From: the human T2T-CHM13v2.0 reference genome, Homo sapiens
DNA: 64,000 nt
Assembly (NCBI RefSeq): GCF_009914755.1
Contig: NC_060929.1
Strand: one strand, 5' to 3'
Part shown: positions 42,936-56,547 of the stretch, piece by piece
Layout: the number at the start of each line of letters is the position of its first letter
Numbering within the stretch: the stretch's first letter is position 1
Translations under genes and position numbers: made by a program
The notes under the pieces: generated by a model
What the model saw: the letters and a program-made list of their open reading frames with translations, nothing else
Databases searched by the model: none
What the model was told of the DNA's origin: nothing

Positions 42936-43332
42936 ATCTAGCTACTCTGTGGAAGTGACTAAAGGACATTTCCTTTTGTTAGTCATAAGCTGTGTAAATC
43001 AGTTACATATTGACACAGTAGTATGGCCTAACATACAATCCACAACTCAGAAGCATACAAGAAATGCTTATGTCTGGCACGTCCAATGACTTTTGCTGAT
43101 CTATACTTGGTTGGGCTATTATTACTCTTGCTTCTGTGCAGTAGCTTGTCCTTTGTAGTGTCTCATGATTGGTTCTGCCAGTTTTGACAGGGCTTACTCA
43201 CATATTGGGGCTTGGTAGATTATCAGCTTATTTAAGATGATCTCAGTTGGGTTGATTGGGGCACATCAACCCTTGTTTCATAGCTCTTATCTTCTGACAT
43301 ATGACAATGGACAGGTTTTTCTAGAAAACGGA
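42936..43332 (+). repeat. Direct duplicate of 41147-41542
   Basis: About 33 substitutions plus 2 small indels over ~390 bp by hand count (~91%); 72-bp exact block at 41214-41285 = 43008-43079. Confidence 0.97.
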
Positions 43333-43363
43333 AGATGATCGTTAGCATTTCTTGGCAATAAAC

Positions 43364-43668
43364 CTTTCTTTTTTTTCTTTTTCTTTTTGAGATGAAGTCT
43401 CGCTCTTTTGCCAGGCTGAAGTGCAGTGGCACGATCTCGGCTCACTGAAACCTCCGACTGCCTGGTTCAAGTGATTCTCCTGCCTCAGCCTCCCGAGTAG
43501 CTGGGATTACTGGCATGTGCCACCACACTCAGCTAATTTTTGTATTTTTTTAGTAGACACGGGGTTTCACCACGTTGGCCAGGATGGTCTCGATCTCCTG
43601 ACCTTGTGATTCGCCCGCCTTGGTCTCCCAAAGTGCTGGGATTACAGGTGTGAGCCACCGCACCTGGC
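43364..43668 (-). mobile_element. Alu (AluSc-like) inside Tigger1
   Basis: GGATGGTCTCGATCTCCTGACCTTGTGAT; flanked by GCAATAAA on both sides. Confidence 0.95.
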
Positions 43669-43899
43669 AAGCAATAAAGTCTTTTTAAATTAAGATATGT
43701 ACATTGCATTTTTAGACATACTATTACATACATAATAGATTATGTTATAGTATAAACACAAATTTTATGTGCACTAGGAAACAAAAATTTGTGTGAGTTG
43801 CTTTATTGTGACATTTAATTTATTGTGGTGGTCTGGAATGAAATCCACAATATCTCCAAATTATGCTTATACTTTTTATCTCATTTCTAACATTGTTTT

Positions 43900-45010
43900 A
43901 ATAGTTAGGACTATTGATAAAATGTAACTAAAAATAGTTACATTTTATCAATATGTAATGTCACTCTTTATTACCTCTTAATTCCTGAAGTAATTTTTTT
44001 TGTTGTATTAGTATATATAGCCACTCCACATTTCTTCTGATTCATTTTGCATGGTATACATCCCTATACTTTTAACTTACCCATAATATTATAATATTTG
44101 AATTTCTTATAAACAGCTGATACTTTTCCCATTCTGACAATGTATGTCTTTAATTGTTATATTTAAATCCTGCTTTCATTTTCTATTTAATAGTTTAACC
44201 TTTTAATTTGAAATCATTATAAACTCATGAGAAGTTACAAAAATCTGATAGAAATGTCCTGTGTAGCCACCATTCCGGTTACACAATGGTGGTATGTTAC
44301 AGCATTATAGTGCACTACCAAATTCAGAAAATTGATTGACCCACTACTATTCATTAGACTATGGGTAACCTTTACAAGTTACAAATTTGTGTATACAATA
44401 TTTTTTCATACATTTTAGGAATAATTCTATGATACAATATCACATTGAGATATCAATATAATCACCACCATAATCAAGATAAGATACTATAACATCACTT
44501 CAGAGTAACTCTATCATACTGCCCCTTATCACATCTTCCTCTCCCTAATCTCTGGAGTCACTTATTCACTCTCTATAGCTTTAATTTTGTCATTTTCGAG
44601 AATGCTATATAAATTGAATTATATAGTATGTAATATTTTTGATAAAGACTTGTTGCACTCAGCATAATGCCCTTAAGATCTATGCAATGGGTTGTGTGTT
44701 TAATACTTTGTTCCTTTTGCTTGTTGAGTAGTATTCTATCATACAAAATAAGTTTATTTAACTATTTACCCATTGAAAAACATTTGGGCTATTTCCGGTG
44801 TTTGATTATTACAAATAATACCACTGTGAATATTTATCTACAACATTTTTGTTAACATAAGTTTTTCTTTTCTAGAATAAATGTCCAAGAATGTGATTGC
44901 TGGGTCATAAGTGAAGTGTGTAATTTCTACTAAGCTGCCAGACCAATTTAAGAGTGAGTGTACTGTTTCATATTCTCACTAGCATGGTAGGAGTGATCAA
45001 ATTTTTCACA
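43900..45010 (-). mobile_element. Old L1M fragments (including an L1MC/MD-type 3' end)
   Basis: CACTCAGCATAATGCCCTTAAGATC, GAATAAATGTCCAAGAATGTGATTGCTGGGTCATA. Confidence 0.75.
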
Positions 45011-46045
45011 CTCTCTTTTTATGTATTTATATGCATAACAGAGCCATAAATAACTGTCTCCCAACAGAGGAGTCCCCGTGTTGTTTTCATTCCTGCCCTT
45101 TTCCTCCTTAAATACAAAGGACCAGTTCTAGAAAACCTGTCTCAAACTTTGTAGTGAAAATTCTGCCATTGGTCTATAATACAATAGTGCACAGTAAAAG
45201 TAGAAAGCAAGAGTAGCAGTATAAATCTTTTCATTTTACAGGTGTGAAATTTTGTGAGGAAAGAAAAGAGAGAGAGACAGCCAGGAAGGGAGGGAGAGAG
45301 AAACAGAGACAGAGGGACAAAGAGACAAAGATAAAGAGAGGAGCCAGAGGGCAAGAAGGAAAGATGTCAAACCTGATCAACTAGAATTTTGAGCATTATA
45401 TTCAGCAGAGCACGATATTCAGCAGAAATGAAATTTTTGCTATGAAAAAAGGAACTCATGATATCATGACAAAAATCTTAACTTTATGCTTTGAGATTTC
45501 AAGTCCCTTGATTTTCTCCATGAAGTTTCCCTACTGGAGGCTGAGGAAAGAGAAGGTAATCTGATAGACTGAATAATTTTTCCTAGAATAACAAAACAGT
45601 ATTTGAGGGTATTGCTTTTTATTGGACTGAGTTGTTTGTTACATTATACTTTTGGTATGTATTTTTCTTTTGAGAATGACATACAGAGACTAGAGGTGAC
45701 CTATAGACACAATAAATCAACTACTTGTCTGCCTAACAGATTTCTGAGAAGATAAATATTAACTTGCTGAATTATTTAATCAAATTGTTAATTAAATCAT
45801 TATTTCACTAAACGTTTACTGACAACCTGAAATGTTCCAGATAAAAAGTTAAGACGCTGGAGATTCCAGAGAAATGTGAGACTAAGAAACAAGATAGAGA
45901 ACCTGACCATATTCTTAGTAAATTGTTATAAAGGATGCAAAAAAAAAAAAAAAGCAGCCAAAGGCTAGAAGGAGATTTTGAGAACTTTTAAACTTAATCT
46001 TTAGAATTTGTGGGCTTTCTATCTTGACTAAAAAAGGCTTTTGAA

Positions 46046-46328
46046 TTTTTTGTTTTGTTTTGTTTTTTTGAGACCGAGTCTTGCTCTCTTGCCCAAGCTG
46101 GAGTGCAGTGGCGCGATCTTGGCTCACTTCAACCTTCGCCTCCTGGGTTCAAGTGATTCTTCTGCCTCAGGCTCCCAAGTAGCTGGGATTATAGGCAGGC
46201 ACCACCCACCCAGCTAATTTTTGTATTTTTAGTAGAGACGGGATTTCCCCACATTGGCCAGGCTGGTCTCCACCCGCCTTGGCCTCCCAAAGTGCTGGGA
46301 TTACAGGTATGAGCCACTGCACCCGGCC
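46046..46328 (-). mobile_element. Alu (AluS-type) with a ~22-bp deletion across the B-box region
   Basis: GGCTGGTCTC|CACCCGCC junction; TSD-like AAG(G/A)CT(T/C)TTGAA. Confidence 0.94.
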
Positions 46329-46721
46329 AAGACTCTTGAAATTTTTAAACGTGAACTGATTTGTTTTCTAAGGAAAGATGTAAATGCAATGAAAAGTTTG
46401 AAAATGCAGGTAAATGAGAGTACAGTATTATCCTTAGTCAGCAGGAGAAAGTAGAAAACAGGAAGAAAGAAAGAAGAGATGAAGATGAATATAGACCTAG
46501 ATTTTATTGTAGGTATGGTAGGAGCAAATATTAAGATAGTAGGTTCAGCATGGCCTCATTTATTTTTCCTATGAAATAGGTGATAAAGTTTTAGCCTGTG
46601 AATGCGAAATGCAGAGAACTGCTAAGTAACTTGAAAACAAAAATGTAGAGCACACGGCGGACATATAAAAAAGGAAATCAGTGTGGATATTCTACACCTT
46701 AGAATCTTAGCAGTTGTAGAT

Positions 46722-46921
46722 CAAGGGCTGGCAAACTACTTCTGTAAAAGACCAGACAGTAAATATTTTAGGTTTTGTGAGCCATATGGTCTCTGTTGCA
46801 AGTACTCAACTCTGCCATTGTAGCTAAAAACTGCCATACATAATAAATAAACAAATGGGTATGGCTGTGTTTCAATAAAACTCTATTCACATAAACAGGC
46901 AGCAGGCCCAACAAATTTCTG
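46722..46921. mobile_element. MER58A (hAT-Charlie MITE)
   Basis: GGCAAACT..TTCTGTAAAAGACCAGACAGTAAATATTTTAGG...TACTCAACTCTGCCATTGTAGC...GGCTGTGTTTCAATAAAAC. Confidence 0.9.
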
Positions 46922-47897
46922 ATAGAAGATAGGCCTTTCAGAATACATTCACAACAAAAATTGGAAATATTTTTGTTTCAACAATTGGCTACATTTCAAG
47001 AGATAAATTGAAATATGCTCTATAAATTAACTTGGATGTAACTTTAAATCACTGAAAATATTTGGGAATGTGGAAATTAAGGGAGAAATTCAAAATGGGA
47101 AAAAAGAAGACGTAAAAAGGTTGGGGTTGGAAGAGGAAAACAAAGTAAACAAATGACAACTGGTGTGAAGGAGAAAGAGCAAAAGCAATGTCAGTGAAGA
47201 AAGAAGAACTTCCTGCTGTGGCCACTTCTTTCTATTACTTCTGCTGTTCTTCTTCACTCATTGCTGTTCTTTGCTAACTGTATACACACTCTTTTTTCAT
47301 CCATTAACCAGTGTGCGTGAAATCTTTTTATGGTATTTTAGTTGGATGGAATACTATTATACTAAAAAATTGTAAGAAAAAAATGCCTCTTTATGCATAC
47401 AATTGCCCAAAGAAAAAATAAATGAAATCTAAAACAGCATTTGAAAAACAGAAATTCTAAATATAAAAATTATAATAAATGGATTTAGGTATTATATAAA
47501 TAATAAATATTTAAATACATTCAGTTCATTCCAATATAAATCTAATAACTTTCTAATATTACATTGTTTGTAAAGTTACATATACTAATATGTATATGAA
47601 AGACTGCAGTAAAGCATATTGCTCTGTGGAAAACTTTTTTTACTTACTGATATATGAAATGAAGTAGTCAAATCTTTGGTTTTACTTTAAAAAACTAGCT
47701 ATATTTATAAAAATCTAGTAATTCTTTTACATAAACTAAAATTATCATTAGATTTATACCCAGTGATAACAAAATATTTGAAACTTTTAGCAGATTTAAC
47801 CTGAAGAATGAATTTCTCTTGTTTGAAAATTTCTTATTCCTATAAAAGAATGCAAAAAGGCATTGAAATTCCTTTGAAATCTTATTTATGCCAGTAT

Positions 47898-48742
47898 TGA
47901 TATGGAAGTGCTGGGAATGGAAGAGTGTGGTCCCTTTAAATAAATGATACGGAAGCGGGGAACGAAGTGCTGGGTAGAGAGGGCGAGGTCGCTGGCTAGG
48001 GCTCTACCCCCACGGACACGGACCTAGCTGAAGACCGGCACTCCTGCCTTCACGCCCAAATGTCACATTTCCCAAGACTACCCTGGCCCATCATGCGCCC
48101 ATCCTGTGCCTATAAAAACCCAAGACCCTAGCAGGCACACACACACAAGTGGCTGGATGTCTTGAGGAACACATCAGCGGAAGAAAACACAAGCCGCTGG
48201 TCATAAGTGCACACCAGGGGAAGAGCAGGCCAACAGACGCCAGCATGCCGGCAGGCCATCCACCGGTGGGAAGAGATGCAGTTTGGCCCGGGGCAGTCAG
48301 AGAAGAGCCTGGATCTCCAAGTGGCCCAACTCCAGGGGGAAACCATCTCCCTTCTGGCTACCACATCCAGGGAGAGTTACTTCCACTCAATAAAACTTTG
48401 CACTCATTCCCCAAGCCCACATGTGATCCAACTCTTCCAGTACAAGGCAAGAACCCGGGATACAGAAAGCCCTTTGTCCTTGCGACAAGGTAGAGGGTCT
48501 AACTGAGCTGGTTAACACGAGCCACCTATAGGCAGCAAACTAAGAGAGCACCCTGTATCACACGCACACTGGGGCTTCAGGAGCTGTAAACATTCACCCC
48601 TAGAGACTGCCATGGGTTCGGAGCCCCACAACCTGCCCGTCTGTGTGCTCCACTAGAGGATTGAGCAGCGGGGCACTGAAGAAGCGAGCCACATCCCCAT
48701 CGCACGCCCTGCAAGGGGGACAAGGGAGCCTTTCCCATTTCA
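47898..48742 (+). mobile_element. LTR1-family (ERV1) solo LTR
   Basis: TG...CA termini, 4-bp TSD GTAT on both sides, TATAAAAA at 48111-48118, AATAAA at 48389-48394. Confidence 0.92.
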
Positions 48743-50312
48743 GTATCAACTGAAAAAGGTCATGCTAGAACAGCAATATTTACATGTCAACTATCGATGG
48801 TCTCCCTCAAGTCAACCACAATTTCAAAAGTACATGTACTGTTTACATTGATAAACTGGTAGCCAGTACTTTATATATTTTCAAATGTATGAATCATCAA
48901 GAGACAAACATTCTCACATTGGTACATTAGAATACTCTAAAAATCACCTACCATAAAGACATAGGTCGTAGGCATGTTGATGCAATAATGCCCTTTTTAG
49001 ATTCAGAAACAATTTGTTAATATTTATTATAATTAATATCAACTGACATTATTTATAAACAATTTCATAAAAGCAAATCCCCATTTGCTGTGAAATTCCA
49101 GGTATATTACAACAGTACAATTTAACACAATTTCATGATAAATCTTTCTCCTCTACCATGTAAAGGTTTAATATTAATGCTCCTTAGTAATATATCCCCT
49201 AAATTTTCTTTTTTTTTTTTCAAACCTTTTTCAAAAGCAATGAACAGTGCCCAATTATAGGCACGTTTTAGTATTCAGTAACTGGTTCTTCCTAACTCAG
49301 TAGCTTTATGCTGTTACACATGTTGCACTGCCCTAAACTTTTTAGGGAGTGAGTGGTATGAAGAGGAAGGTTTGAGAAAATATTGGAATACTACACATCT
49401 GTTTTACATCTTCACATCACCAAATATAAATAATATGCATAATTCTCTTCAAAACAAATAGCTTTGTGTTGGCAAAATGGCACTGAGTTTTTCTTAAAAA
49501 ATTTGTTTCAACTCGATAGCAGTCTTTTTGCATGAAGCACTCTGGTTAATTTTGTATTTTCCGGATTACTTAAAGGAGCTGGGAAAGGAATGTAATAAGT
49601 ATTTATGAAGAATCTGGAGTAGCTTACCCAGCTGCCTGAGGAAGAAAGAATAAATCTGAGGGAACAAAAAGGATTTCTTTTTTCTTTTTGATTAAAAAAA
49701 TTTTTTTTATGTATGGGCAACCCCCTATTCATTTCAGAGGAATGATAGAATACCAGTCCACAAAAGCTTATAGCAAGCCCGAAGCAACAGTTATACATTC
49801 TCAACATTTACTCTGGAAAGAAACATTGGGTCTGTCAGGCTTGATGGTCTGAGATTTATTTGACTGACTGCATGACTTTACTCTGGGGCATTTTTGCTTT
49901 TCTGAATTCCCTCTGCTTCCTTAAATCCTACTCATTCTTTAATGCTTGGCTCATTTTCTACCCTCATTCACTCATGTTGTTTCTCCAGATTACTCCAGCT
50001 TCTTTTGATTTTCCTTTTTCTGAGGTCCCAATGCATATTTTAAAATTCAAATTGCACAACTCTTTGCTCAAAAACTATTATGTTTGTTTCTGCATCTCTT
50101 GTGCCTAGCTAGGTATTTCATATGTAGTTGGTATTTCAGACATATTTGCTTAAAAAATGAATATTAAACACTGTTTGCTTTTGAATTTAGTGTTTAATAT
50201 GTCTTATTTCAAAGATAATTTGAAAAATGAAGATGCAATAAAACCAAACCTATAACATTTTTAGAATTATGAATGAATGGAAAAGTTGTGCTACTATTGA
50301 AATTGTTTAATA

Positions 50313-50747
<435 letters not shown>

Positions 50748-53700
50748 TTAAGCTATCTAGTCAGAGAGAGAATACATATACATTTTGGCAACAAATTTCT
50801 ATTTAATTTCTTTGGAGCTATGTTTTGCTTTCTTCCATACTTAATCTTATAAGGAGTAAATAATATTGAGGATAGGTATATTACATAATTTTTTAACTTT
50901 TAAATTTATTCTGAGAAATAAAATTATGGCATTCTGGATTGGGACATAAAAGATAGAAGAGGAGTTGCTATAAAGTAGGTGGGAAATATTTGGAAGAAAC
51001 CAATAATTTCTTACCACATAGTAATTTCTTGTAATTATACTGGCAGGTACAGAATATGGAGAGAAGTGAAGTTGCCAAAAAGAGGTCTAAGCCTGGTGCT
51101 TTATGGAGAACAGATCTGACCCATAGAAATTTTCTCTTCACTCAGTCTTTCTTTGGCAGTTAAAGGTCATAAAGAGAAACAGATGAATAAGCAAAAGTCA
51201 TCAAATTTTCACAAGATACAAGTTCTAAAAGAGAATGTGAGACAGGAGAAGCATTTTCCCTTGGGGTGTTGTTAAAAACAAATACAAGCATTTTAAAAAA
51301 TGTTCAACTATCTGAGACATTGAATAACATTTGAAGCCAATGACAGGTTACTAAAGAGCTTAAAATGAAAACTTGAGTAATATTATGTCCGTAAGGGCTT
51401 TGAAATACTCTCATATTTCTGAGACCCTGGAAGGCCACATACATGCATGGAGTGGCAAACATGCCTAAAGTGGTGCATGCTAAAGAAAGTCCTGAGAGGG
51501 CACTGAGCTCTCACTTCTGACTGATCTCGAGGTTGTCACATGCAGGAAGTGAAGGCTAACTCACTGATGAGGTAAAGTTGGAGGCGTGGACCAACATGAA
51601 CCTAGAGTTTCAACAAATACAGTGAGGCTTATGCTTTCCAACAATTATAGAAAATCTTCATCCAGTCGTTAGCTGAACAGAAAGATAACCAGGCAGAGTC
51701 TCCATAGCCACAAATAACAAAAAATACAGGCTTTACAAAATTAGTTCAGAAAACTCATTAATCAATCAAACAACAACAACCAGCTCCAGGAAGGGAGGAG
51801 ATTCTGATATTCTGAGTTGACATATGTTGTTATTTATAATGTTCAGTTTTCAACAAAAAATTATGAGCCATACAAAAAAATCAATAAAGTATGGCTCAAA
51901 CTCAGAAAAGAAACCAATAGAAACAATCCCTGAGGAAGTACAGACATTAGCCTTACTAGAAATTTTAAATCCCTATTTTAAATATGTTCAAATAACTAAA
52001 GGAAATTGTCACTAAAAACTGAAGAATAGTATGTGAGTAATGTCTCACCAAATGGGGAATATTAATAAAGAGAGAAAATTACAAAGGAAAAAATTAAATA
52101 GAATGTCTGGAATTGTATACTTGCAATAAGATATCACTAAAGGAGACACAAAAGCATATTTGAGTAGGCAGAGCAATGAATCAGAAAACTTGAAGATGAG
52201 TCAATTGAAAATTTCAAGTCTGAGGAACAGAAAAAAATGAAAATGAAGAAAAAAGAACAGTTACTAAAATACCTTTGGAACACCATAAAGTATACCAACT
52301 CATGCATACTGAGTTTCCCAGTAAAAGAGTGACATACAGGGGGCAAAAATGTTGATAAAAAAATGGCCAAAAACTTCCCCAATTTAATGAAAGAAATGGA
52401 TCTGTACATCCAACAACCTCAACAAATTTTAAGAAGATAATCTCAAAGAAAGCCAGATTATAATTAAACTGTTGAAAGTCAAGACAAATGAAAAGTTTTA
52501 AAGGCAGAAAGAACGAAACAACATATCATGTCCATCAACCCATGAACTGTTGATTTTTTATCAGAAATCATCAAAGCTAGAAGTCATTGGGATAACATAC
52601 TTGAAGTGCTGAATGTAAAAGATTCTCAAGGAAGAATTCTGTATTCAGTGAAAGTAACCTCCAAAAATAAAGGAGAAATTAAAACATTCCCAGATGAAGA
52701 AAAAATGAAAAAAATTGTTGCTAGAACATATAGCCTATCAAAAATATTAAAGAGAGTCCTTCTGGTTGACATAAAAAATGCTAAATAGTAACTTCAATCT
52801 ACATGAAGAAATAAAAATCACTGTTGATACAGGTTAGCTGTCAACAAAGTAAGTCAATATATTTAAAATGATTGAAGCAATACAAAATACCTTATCTGGT
52901 CTTAATGGAAATAAATCAGAAATCAATAACAGAAGAAAATTTGGTAAATTGAAAATATTTGAAAATTCAGTGACAAATGGATAAATAAGCAATGAGAGAA
53001 AAAAATTACAAGAAAAGTTTAAAAATATTTTGAGATGAATAAAATAAACATAAACATATCAAAAGTTATAGAATGAAGCTAATACAATATTTAAAGAAAA
53101 ATGTATTTCTATAAATGCCTAGTAAAAAAGATCCAATGAATGGCCTAACTTTCCAACTAAAGAAATGTAAAAAGCAAGAGCTAGGTAAACCAAAATCAAG
53201 TATAAAAAAAAACCAATCAGATCAGACATAAAAATGTCAACAATAAAAGTAGGAAAAAAAATCGACAAAGCTATAATTTTGTGCTTTGAAAACAAGTTAA
53301 CAAAGTTATATCTTTACAGAAAAAGAGAATTAGAAAAGACTCAAAGTACTAAAATTAGGAATACAAGAGGTAGCATTACTACAGAACTTAAATTTAAGTT
53401 AATCAAATTAAATTGGTTATAAGGGAATACTAAGAACAACTGTATGACAAAATTAGATATCCCAGAGGAAATGGACAAATCACTAAAAAGAGATACTACC
53501 AAAACTGACCCAAGAAAAAAGAGTCTGAAAAGACTTATAACAAGTACAACAGATTTATAACAAGAAGATAGATGGTTAATAATTAAGACAGTTTCTCAGG
53601 TGAATTCTACCAAATGTGTGAATAAGAATTAATATTGATACTTCAAAAACTCTTCCTAATTAGGAGGATGAGGGAGTATTCCCTAACTTATTCTATGAGG

Positions 53701-54384
53701 CCAGTGTTACCCTGATTTCAGAAACAGAGAAGGACATCCTAAGAAAACAAAAACTACAGATTAACATTACTTATAAATTTCTACATAAAAATATTCAACT
53801 AAAGAACTAACAAACTTAATTGAGTGACATTTAAAATAATTATATACTATAACTAAGTGGAATTTATTCAAGTAATTCAAAAATGTTCAAAATACAAAAA
53901 TCAATCAATGTAATACAACATATTAATAGACTATAAGACAAAAACAATACAGGCAAAAAAAAGCATTTGATAGAATTCAACTTTTTCTTGTAATAAAATT
54001 ACTCAATGAAATAATAGTAGAATGGAACTAAGGACAAAGAGCACCTATAAAATATCTACAGATACTATCTTAATAGTTAAATAGTTAAAGCTTTATTCTT
54101 AAGATCAGGAAAAAGATAAGAATGGCCAGTCTTGCCACTTTAATTAAACATAGTAGTGGAGGTTATGGTAAAAGAAATTAGGCAAGAATATAGGTAAAAA
54201 ATATAAAGATTGAAAGGAAGAAATGAAACTCTTTTTGCAGATGAAAAAATCTTTTATATATAACATTTTACGGTGCACACATACATAACACGCATGCAAT
54301 TAGAGCTAATGAACACAAATATCAAGATTGTTAGATACCAGACTAATAAACAAAAATCAATTATATCTCTATATACTAGCAATA

Positions 54385-54688
<304 letters not shown>

Positions 54689-55841
54689 TCAATAAAATTA
54701 ATTAAATAATTTCATTTATAATATCAAAAATATAATATTTAGAGATAAATGAAACAAAAGAAGTACAAGGCTTTTACACTGAAATATAAAATGTCATTGA
54801 AAAATTTTAATAAGATCTAAATAAATGGATAAAATATTCCATGGTCATGAATTGGTAGACAATATCACTAAGATCAAAATGCTGCCCAAACTGATCTACA
54901 TATTCAAAAGCTCCCTATCAGTATCCCAACTGGCTTCTCTTTTGTTTGCAGAAATTGAGAAGCTAATTATAAAATTCATATGAAAATGCAATGAAGTGAG
55001 ATTAAGAAAAACAATTTTGAAAAAGCAGAACAAAAAAGAGTCACATTACCCAATTTTAAAACTTCCCTAAATTTTCAGTAATCAAGAGAGTGTGTGATAA
55101 AGATAAGCCATAAGGAAAAACATATAGGTCAATGGAATAGAATTGAAAGTCTGGAAGTAAAGCCATACATTTATAGCCAATTGATTTTTGGCAAGATCTT
55201 CCATATGGAAAAAACAATGCTTTCAATAAAGAGTACTGGAAAAACTAGATACACACAAAAGAATAAAGCTGGAAATGAAAAAGCTAACATTATAAATCTT
55301 TTATAAGAAAATATAGGTAAACATTTTTGTGAACTTGGATTAGGCAGGGGTTTCTCAGGCACCTAAAGTGGAAACAACCAAATAAAAAATAAAGTGGGCT
55401 TCATAAAATTAATATCTTTTGTACTTTAAATCAGCTATAAAGAAAGTGAAAAGATAATATGTGAAATGGAAATAATTCTTTGAAAATCATTATATCTGTT
55501 GTATGTCATTGCCAGGACATATAAATAACTCTTACAACTCAACATTAACAACAAAAAAGTCCCAAAAGATTTGAATAGTCATTCCTTCAAAGAAGATATA
55601 CAAATAACCAATTAGCACCTGAGCAGATGCTCAATATCATTAGTCATCAGGAAAATGCAAATCAAAATTCTGAGATACTCTTTCATGCCCATGAAGATGG
55701 CTATTAATAATAATAAGACAATAACATGTTTTGACACAGATGTAGGGAAATTGGTACACTCATACACTGCTTATGAATCTGTAGATTTGTACAATCATTT
55801 GGGTATCAGTTTGGCAGTTTCTCAAAAAGTTAAAAATACAG

Positions 55842-56015
55842 AGTCAGGCACAGGGGCTCATTTCTGTATTTCCAGCAACTCAGGAAGCTGAAGTGGGAAG
55901 ATCACTTGAGACTAGGAGATGGAGGCTGTAGTGAGCCATGATTGTATCACTGAACTCCAGACTGCCTGACAGAGCTAAACCCCAACTCTTAAAAAAAATA
56001 AAATAAAATAAATAA
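55842..56015 (+). mobile_element. Alu monomer (FRAM/FAM-type)
   Basis: Single right-arm-like monomer with (AAAAT)n tail. Confidence 0.8.
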
Positions 56016-56547
56016 AAAATACCATATGACTCTCTAATACCAATTCTAGTTGTATACCCATAAGAAGTGAAAACATATGTTCACAACAAAACTTGTACCC
56101 AAATTTTTATAGCACTGTTGGTAAGAGCTAAAAGGGTCAATCAAGTGAAGAATGGATGAACAAAATTGTGGTATGCTCATATAATGGAATACTGTTTTGC
56201 TAGGAAAGTAATAAAATACTGATACCTGCTAAAACATGCAAGAAGATTAAGAATATCATACGAAGTGACAGCAGTGAGGTGCAAAAAAGCCAAGTATGTG
56301 TTCATGTTTATGAAATGCCAAGAATAGGAAATTCCCTGGAGATAAGTTTATTACTGGTTACTAGGGGATGCAGGCAGAAGAGAATGACAGTGACTGCTAC
56401 TGGGTTGCAATTTCTTCTTGGGCTGATGAAAATATTCTAAAATTAGATAATGGTGATGGTTGCACAACCTTGCTGAATATATTAAAAAACCAAATTTGAA
56501 TTGTATTTAAAAGGATAAAGATTAGAGTATATGAATTATATCTCAAA

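Larger units (their letters stand above)
42864..43871 (+). mobile_element. Tigger1 3' fragment, interrupted by the local duplication and by an Alu
   Basis: GTCAGCAGCAGCCATCAACACTGAGGCAAG...GAAGGCTCAGAT|GATCGTTAGCATTT...GTGGTCTGGAATGAAATCCACAATATCTCC. Confidence 0.88.

Noticed and set aside
45398-45427. Short direct repeat ATATTCAGCAGA x2 (similar pairs at ~8530-8553 and ~15162-15202)
   Set aside because: Ordinary slippage micro-duplications of two units only; not an array.
32935-48742. LTR1 pair as the two ends of one provirus
   Set aside because: Opposite orientation, separate TSDs and no gag/pol/env sequence between them.
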